The notes under the pieces are model-generated. The model was not told where the DNA came from, searched no databases, and saw only the letters and a program-made list of their open reading frames with translations. Positions 59,681 to 64,000 of a stretch of 64,000 nt of DNA are shown piece after piece. The position numbers and the translations under genes were made by a program. Each line of letters opens with the position of its first letter. The first letter of the stretch is position 1. The DNA is from Pyrinomonadaceae bacterium (GTDB lineage Bacteria; Acidobacteriota; Blastocatellia; Pyrinomonadales; Pyrinomonadaceae), in NCBI GenBank assembly GCA_030838445.1, contig JAUZFQ010000015.1, positions 11,001-75,000 on the forward strand, written 5' to 3'.

Positions 59681-61045
59681 ATGGACTTCCACGAAAACAT
59701 ACTCGGCCTCATCGGCAACACGCCGCTCGTCCGGCTCAACCGCCTCACGCAGGGCATCAAGGCGACGGTGCTCGCCAAGATGGAGAACTTGAACCCAGGC
59801 TATTCCGTCAAAGACCGCATCGGCATCTCGATGATCGAGGCGGCGGAGCGCGAAGGGAAACTCAAGCCCGGCGGCACGATTGTCGAAGCCACTTCGGGAA
59901 ACACCGGGATCGGCCTCGCGCTCGCGGCGGCGGTCAAAGGCTACCGCTGCACGTTCGTCATGACGGACAAGGCTTCGGTCGAGAAGGTGCGCTATTTGAA
60001 GGCGCTCGGCGCGGACGTTGTGGTCGTGCCCGCCTCGGCCAAGCCCGGCACGCCCGATCATTACGTCACCACCGCGCGACGCATCGCGGGCGAGACGCCG
60101 AACTCTTTCTACCCGAACCAGTACGCGCACCCCGCGAACCCCGCGGCGCACTACCGCACGACGGGGCCGGAAATCTGGCGGCAGACCGAAGGCAAGATCA
60201 CGCACTTCGTCTCCGGACTCGGCACGGGCGGCTCGATCTCCGGCACGGGGCGTTTCCTCAAAGAACAAAACTCCGCCGTTAAGATCATCGGCGCAGACCC
60301 TTACGGCTCGGTCTTCAAGACCTACAAGGAGACGGGGCAGTTGATTCAGGCGACGCCCTATCTCGTCGAAGGCATCGGGCAGGAGATCATCCCCGATAAC
60401 GTCCATCTCAAATACGTGGACGAGATCATCAACATCACGGATCGCGAGTCGTTCGAGTTGTCGCGGCAACTCGGACGCGTGGAGGGGATTTTCTGCGGCG
60501 GCTCGACGGGAACGAATCTCGGCGCGGCGCTCAAGGTCGCGCGCGACCTGGACGAGTCGGGCGTCGTCGTCTTCATCGTCTGCGACACGGGCGAGCACTA
60601 TCTGAGCAAGCACCACTCGGACGAGTGGATGAAAGAGAAGCGACTCATCGAGCCGCAGAAGATCACGGCCGGACTGATCAGCGGGACGAAGGGGCAGCAA
60701 TCGCCGAAGTCGCTCGTCGCCGTCGCGCCGTCCGAGCGTGTCGCAGACGTGCTGGCGAAGATGGACGAACTCGGCCTCTCCTGCGTCCCCGTGATCGAGG
60801 AAGGAAAGTCGGTCGGGTCTTTGCGTGAGAACCGGATGCTGGCGAAAGTTCTGGGCAACCGCGAGTTGCTGAACGCGCCGGTGAGCGAGGTGATGGGCGC
60901 GAGTTTCCCCATCGTGGATGTTGACGAGAGCGCGGCGAAAGTGTCACGCCACTTGCAGAAGAGTCCGGCGATTCTCGTGGAAGAGTACGGCCGCATCTCC
61001 GGCATCATCACGCGCCACGATCTGCTCGACGCGCCGCTGGTCTAG
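59681..61045 (+). CDS. Cystathionine beta-synthase-type PLP enzyme (CysK/CysM fold plus tandem CBS domains)
   Basis: [19 protein letters not shown] (PLP Lys), [20 protein letters not shown]. The C-terminus carries two CBS motifs. Confidence 0.9.
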   Translation: MDFHENILGLIGNTPLVRLNRLTQGIKATVLAKMENLNPGYSVKDRIGISMIEAAEREGKLKPGGTIVEATSGNTGIGLALAAAVKGYRCTFVMTDKASVEKVRYLKALGADVVVVPASAKPGTPDHYVTTARRIAGETPNSFYPNQYAHPANPAAHYRTTGPEIWRQTEGKITHFVSGLGTGGSISGTGRFLKEQNSAVKIIGADPYGSVFKTYKETGQLIQATPYLVEGIGQEIIPDNVHLKYVDEIINITDRESFELSRQLGRVEGIFCGGSTGTNLGAALKVARDLDESGVVVFIVCDTGEHYLSKHHSDEWMKEKRLIEPQKITAGLISGTKGQQSPKSLVAVAPSERVADVLAKMDELGLSCVPVIEEGKSVGSLRENRMLAKVLGNRELLNAPVSEVMGASFPIVDVDESAAKVSRHLQKSPAILVEEYGRISGIITRHDLLDAPLV

Positions 61046-61084
61046 TTAACGACCGCGCCGCCAACTTTAATCAACCGCTATCTC

Positions 61085-61119
61085 AAAGTCGTCGCCGTTT
61101 CAGATTCGGCGGCGACTTT
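61085..61119. terminator. Hairpin between convergent CBS and Cas4-like genes
   Basis: AAAGTCGTCGCCG, 9-nt loop, CGGCGGCGACTTT (12/13 bp). Short T runs flank it on both strands. Confidence 0.4.
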
Positions 61120-61123
61120 GTGC

Positions 61124-61699
61124 TCAGTCCGCCAACGACTCGTCGCAAAGTTCCCGGTAGCTACAGGCGGCGCAGCGCGCCCGCTCGTCGTGGCTGCGAT
61201 GCACGTCCGACGCCACGCGCGCCTCGCGCATCTCGCCGAGCAGCGCGAGCAACGCCTCACGCAACTCGTCCGTGTAATCCACGCGCAACTCCCTGTCGCG
61301 GTAGCGAATCACCCCGAACGGCACGGACGCGCCCGTCGTCTCCTCGACGAGCAGGCAGTAGCAAGCGAGTTGCATCACGTGCGACTCGTAGGGCACGCCG
61401 TCCGCCGGGCACTTCGTTGACTTCGCCTCGACGGGCACGACGCCCTCGTCCGTCTCGACCAGATAATCCGGCCGCCCCACCAGCCCGTGCCGGTGCGACA
61501 GCAGAGGCTTCTCCTGCCGCTCGCCGCGCGCGTTCAACCTCACGGGTGCGATGCGGCCGACGGGCGCGCCCGTGTCGTTATAGATGACACGCCCCGCGGG
61601 CAGTCCCGCGCGCCGCGCCCCACGCTGCGCCGCCAGCCAAGCGACGGCGGCGACGGCGACGAGCAAGACGAAAATCAGCGACAGAAAATTTATCGCCAT
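61124..61699 (-). CDS. Cas4/RecB-like PD-(D/E)xK nuclease core with N-terminal TM helix (downstream part of a split gene)
   Basis: TM segment INFLSLIFVLLVAVAAVAWLAA; nuclease motif GRPDYLV...VVPVEAKSTK; QLACYCLL; C-terminal CX2CX5C (CAACSYRELC), as in Cas4 Fe-S nucleases. Confidence 0.65.
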   Translation of the reverse strand: MAINFLSLIFVLLVAVAAVAWLAAQRGARRAGLPAGRVIYNDTGAPVGRIAPVRLNARGERQEKPLLSHRHGLVGRPDYLVETDEGVVPVEAKSTKCPADGVPYESHVMQLACYCLLVEETTGASVPFGVIRYRDRELRVDYTDELREALLALLGEMREARVASDVHRSHDERARCAACSYRELCDESLAD

Positions 61700-61725
61700 A
61701 AATTTATCGCTATAAATTTATAGAC
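61684..61725. repeat. Three tandem AT-rich 14-nt units spanning the junction of the two Cas4-like ORFs
   Basis: gaaaatttatcgcc (61684-61697), ataaatttatcgct (61698-61711), ataaatttatagac (61712-61725). The array contains the upstream TAA (61718-61720) and the downstream ATG (61697-61699). Confidence 0.95.
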
Positions 61726-61969
61726 ATTGTGACGCCAGAAGTATGAGACCCGTGATGAGCGCGAGCAGGAAGGCCACGCGCGCGAGCAGGCGCAACTTTC
61801 GCGCCCGCGCCACCTCGCGGCCGTGCGCCAGATGCCACGTCACGCCCTCTGCGCGTCGCCCTTGGCCGGACGCAGGCTCGTGCCCGTCTGCGCGCAGACG
61901 CCACGCCCGCGCGCAATAGACGTACTCGGCCACCTCCGACGCGCGCAGATATTTGCCCCGCCCGCTCAC
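61718..61969 (-). CDS. Cas4-like N-terminal segment (first Fe-S Cys motif) followed by a TM helix (upstream part of a split gene)
   Basis: LRASEVAEYVYCARAWRL...GVTWHLAHG resembles the Cas4/DUF83 N-terminus, followed by hydrophobic LLARVAFLLALITGLILLA. It is in the same frame as 61124-61699. Confidence 0.55.
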   Translation of the reverse strand: MSGRGKYLRASEVAEYVYCARAWRLRADGHEPASGQGRRAEGVTWHLAHGREVARARKLRLLARVAFLLALITGLILLASQCL

Positions 61970-62063
61970 CGTCTCACCTCTGAAATATCAACAAGCTGGA
62001 AAACTTCGCCCATCATAAACCAGCGAAGGAGAAGTCGCCGCGCCGAATTGACGAGGGCGACTT

Positions 62064-62158
62064 TTACAGTATCAACGGGGCGGCAAATTGACAGTAGCGA
62101 CGGGAGCGGCTAAGTGACAGTAAATGCTGTTGACAATCGTCGCCGGTTGGATTAATGT
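62064..62158 (+). promoter_or_regulatory. Divergent control region with repeated T(G/T)ACAGTA motifs and a promoter-like element
   Basis: TACAGTA at 62064, TGACAGTA at 62088 and 62115, TGACAAT at 62131. TTGACA (62130-62135), 17-nt spacer, TAATGT (62153-62158). Confidence 0.45.
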
Positions 62159-62826
62159 CTCCGGCCATGAGCGGACAACTGGAAAAGATACGCGGTCTAA
62201 AATATATCGGGGTCGTCGAACTGGCGTCGCAGGCGGCTCGGATTCTGGCGGAGATCGGCACGACGCAGGATCGCGGCACGGTCAGCGAAATGCCTGACGA
62301 GCGCACGCTCCGTTATTACCTCGCCGAAGGGTTGCTCTCGCCCGCCACGGAAAAGCAGGGCACGGCCTCCGTCTTCGGCTACCTGCACCTGCTCCAACTC
62401 CTCGTCGTCAAGAAGCTGCAATCCGAGCATCTGCCGATCCGCAAGATCAAGGAGTTGGTTGACGGCCGCACCGAGCGAGAGTTGGAACGACTGCTCGGCC
62501 TCGACGCGAAAGCCGGGGCGAAGAACGAAGCCCTTAGTTACCTCGAAAAGCTCCTCACCTCGCCCTCCGCATCCTCTCCCCGCAGCCAGCAATTCAACAG
62601 TCCCGCGGCCGACATGATGCGACCCGTCGCGCCCGCACACGCCGCGCGACAGAGCGCGCCGCAGCAGCAGGGGCAGGCCACGTGGGCGCGCGTGGAGATC
62701 GAGCCGGGGTTGGAGTTGCACGTGCGCGGCGATTACGCGCCGCCGACCGAGACGAAAGGCGTGCGCCGTCTGACGCGCCTGCTCTTGAACGCGCTCGAAG
62801 GGTATCGCGGAAACATGAGAAAGTGA
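62155..62826 (+). CDS. MerR-like HTH protein with Gln/Ala/Pro-rich C-terminal half (tentative)
   Basis: IGVVELASQAARIL...ERTLRYYLAEGLL...FGYLHLLQLLVVKKLQSEHLPIRKIKELV resembles the MerR wHTH plus dimerisation helix. If the predicted promoter is used, the real start is ATG 62167 (leaderless). Confidence 0.45.
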   Translation: MSPAMSGQLEKIRGLKYIGVVELASQAARILAEIGTTQDRGTVSEMPDERTLRYYLAEGLLSPATEKQGTASVFGYLHLLQLLVVKKLQSEHLPIRKIKELVDGRTERELERLLGLDAKAGAKNEALSYLEKLLTSPSASSPRSQQFNSPAADMMRPVAPAHAARQSAPQQQGQATWARVEIEPGLELHVRGDYAPPTETKGVRRLTRLLLNALEGYRGNMRK

Positions 62827-62837
62827 GGAAGTAAAAG

Positions 62838-64000
62838 ATGGGACACCGACTGCCGCAGATCGAACTATTGACGCCGCGCGCGAAACTCGCCGCGGGTCGC
62901 GAACAGACCTTGGACGTGTTGATTCGCATCACGCCGCCCGAACCGCAAGCCACAGCGGACGCCGCGCGTCGTCGTCCCGCGCTCAATTTGAGTCTCGTCC
63001 TCGACCGCTCCGGTTCGATGGGCGGCGCGAAGATACAGCACGCCCGCGAGGCGGCGCGCTACTGCATTGACCAGTTGCTCCCGGCCGACCGCATCAGCGT
63101 GGTGATCTTCGACGAGGCCGTCGAAGTGCTGATCACCAGCCAGCCCGCGGCCAACAAGGCGGCGTTGAAAGAGTCGCTCGCGCACATCCACGCGCGCGGC
63201 TCGACCGCACTGCACGAGGCTTGGGTGCGCGGCGGCATACAGGTCAGCGAACACCTCTCGGACGCAGGCATCAACCGCGTGCTCTTGATCACGGACGGGC
63301 AGGCCAACGTCGGGCTGACGAACGCAGACGAGATCGTGACGCAGAGTTTGAATCTACACCGGCGGGGCGTGAGCACTTCGACCATCGGCATCGGCACGGA
63401 CTTCAACGAAGACCTCCTGCTGCCCATGGCCGAATCGGGCGGCGGCAACGCGTGGCACGTCGAAACGGCCGACGACATGGGGCGCATCTTCTCCGTCGAG
63501 TTGGAAGGACTCATCGCGCAGGTCGGCCACACGGTTACGCTCTCGCTCGTCCCGGCGGACGGCGCGCGCATCGTCGATCTGCTCAACGACTTCGAGTTGA
63601 ACGAGACGGGGCGTTACAAGTTGCCGAACTTGCAGGCGGGGCAGACGCTCGAAGTCGTCGCGCAGGTGCGCGTCCCGGCACGTGAGGCGGGGGCGCGTCT
63701 GCGCCTGCTCGATCTGAAACTCGGCTACACGCCGCAAGAAGCGAAGTCGGCCGAAGTGGTCAGGCAGTTTCTCGAAGTCGAGTTCGCGCCGGAAGAGGAG
63801 ACGGAAGCTCTGCCGCTGAACAACGCGGTCGTCAAGGCCGTGCAGATGTTGATGAACGCGCGGGCGCGGCGCGAGGCCGTCGCCTACATGGACGCGGGCG
63901 ATTTCGACAGTTACCGCGAGGTCGTGTCGGCGAGCATCGCGTCGAGCCGCTCCTCCTTCGCGCCGATGCAAGCCGACGCCGACGTGTTGGCCGAGTTGAG
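62838..64000 (+). CDS. von Willebrand factor type A (vWA) domain protein, 3' end beyond the window
   Basis: ATG 62838 follows GAGGAAG. MIDAS motif LVLDRSGSM (DxSxS), then VVIFD, GSTAL, LITDGQAN, STIGIGTDFNE. The frame is open to nt 64000, so it is absent from the ORF track because it has no stop. Confidence 0.85.
   Translation, partial: MGHRLPQIELLTPRAKLAAGREQTLDVLIRITPPEPQATADAARRRPALNLSLVLDRSGSMGGAKIQHAREAARYCIDQLLPADRISVVIFDEAVEVLITSQPAANKAALKESLAHIHARGSTALHEAWVRGGIQVSEHLSDAGINRVLLITDGQANVGLTNADEIVTQSLNLHRRGVSTSTIGIGTDFNEDLLLPMAESGGGNAWHVETADDMGRIFSVELEGLIAQVGHTVTLSLVPADGARIVDLLNDFELNETGRYKLPNLQAGQTLEVVAQVRVPAREAGARLRLLDLKLGYTPQEAKSAEVVRQFLEVEFAPEEETEALPLNNAVVKAVQMLMNARARREAVAYMDAGDFDSYREVVSASIASSRSSFAPMQADADVLAEL

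Noticed and set aside
59627-60700. 357-aa minus-strand ORF opposite cystathionine beta-synthase. Similar long antisense ORFs include 2309..3217, 12207..12797, 13790..14620, 19634..20743, 21412..22437, 29538..30608, 31568..32782, 44075..45382, 48205..48972, 49013..49972, 58437..59465 and 63354..63971.
   Set aside because: These are Arg/Ala/Asp-rich, motif-free translations lying exactly opposite genes with strong homology signatures. They are typical shadow ORFs of high-GC genomes.
61124-61969. The Cas4-like gene as evidence for a CRISPR-Cas locus.
   Set aside because: No direct-repeat/spacer array and no other cas genes occur within at least 2-3 kb on either side in this window. It is treated as a solo Cas4-family nuclease.

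Overview
High-GC bacterial chromosomal window. The gene content resembles Acidobacteriota-like soil bacteria, but taxonomy cannot be established without a database search. Most long antisense ORFs in the six-frame track are high-GC shadow ORFs. Layout, left to right: (1) SCO1/SenC, a cytochrome c-periplasmic binding protein fusion and an ABC-2 transporter. (2) A giant (about 2100 aa) secreted multidomain protein whose C-terminus carries three near-identical copies of an uncharacterised ~165-aa domain separated by long Pro-Thr linkers. (3) A long minus-strand gene run holding a complete histidine operon (hisZ-G-D-C-B-H-F-IE-hisN-hisA), followed by an LLM oxidoreductase and a HipA-like kinase/DUF3037-like pair. 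An unannotated His-rich leader ORF plus an intrinsic terminator sits directly upstream of hisZ and is a candidate attenuator. (4) A PknK-like Ser/Thr kinase-AAA-TPR protein. (5) A block of secreted proteins: GH5-like hydrolase, Cys-rich protein with a kinase-like catalytic loop, amidohydrolase, and a 2052-aa alpha-2-macroglobulin with a CAEQ thioester motif. (6) A lower-GC, roughly 5-kb integrated plasmid-like element with tyrosine integrase, ParB-like protein, Rep-like wHTH protein carrying iteron-like repeats and a 33-bp palindrome inside its own coding sequence, ParA and an Xis-type HTH. (7) A multi-PAS/GAF hybrid histidine kinase plus a CheY-like regulator, redox enzymes, and an ECF sigma/membrane Ser/Thr kinase pair. 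(8) An orphan phage-type P-loop ATPase, cystathionine beta-synthase, a membrane-anchored Cas4-like nuclease interrupted by one in-frame TAA inside an AT-rich 14-nt triple repeat, and a MerR-like/vWA pair running off the window end. No rRNA, tRNA or CRISPR array was recognised.
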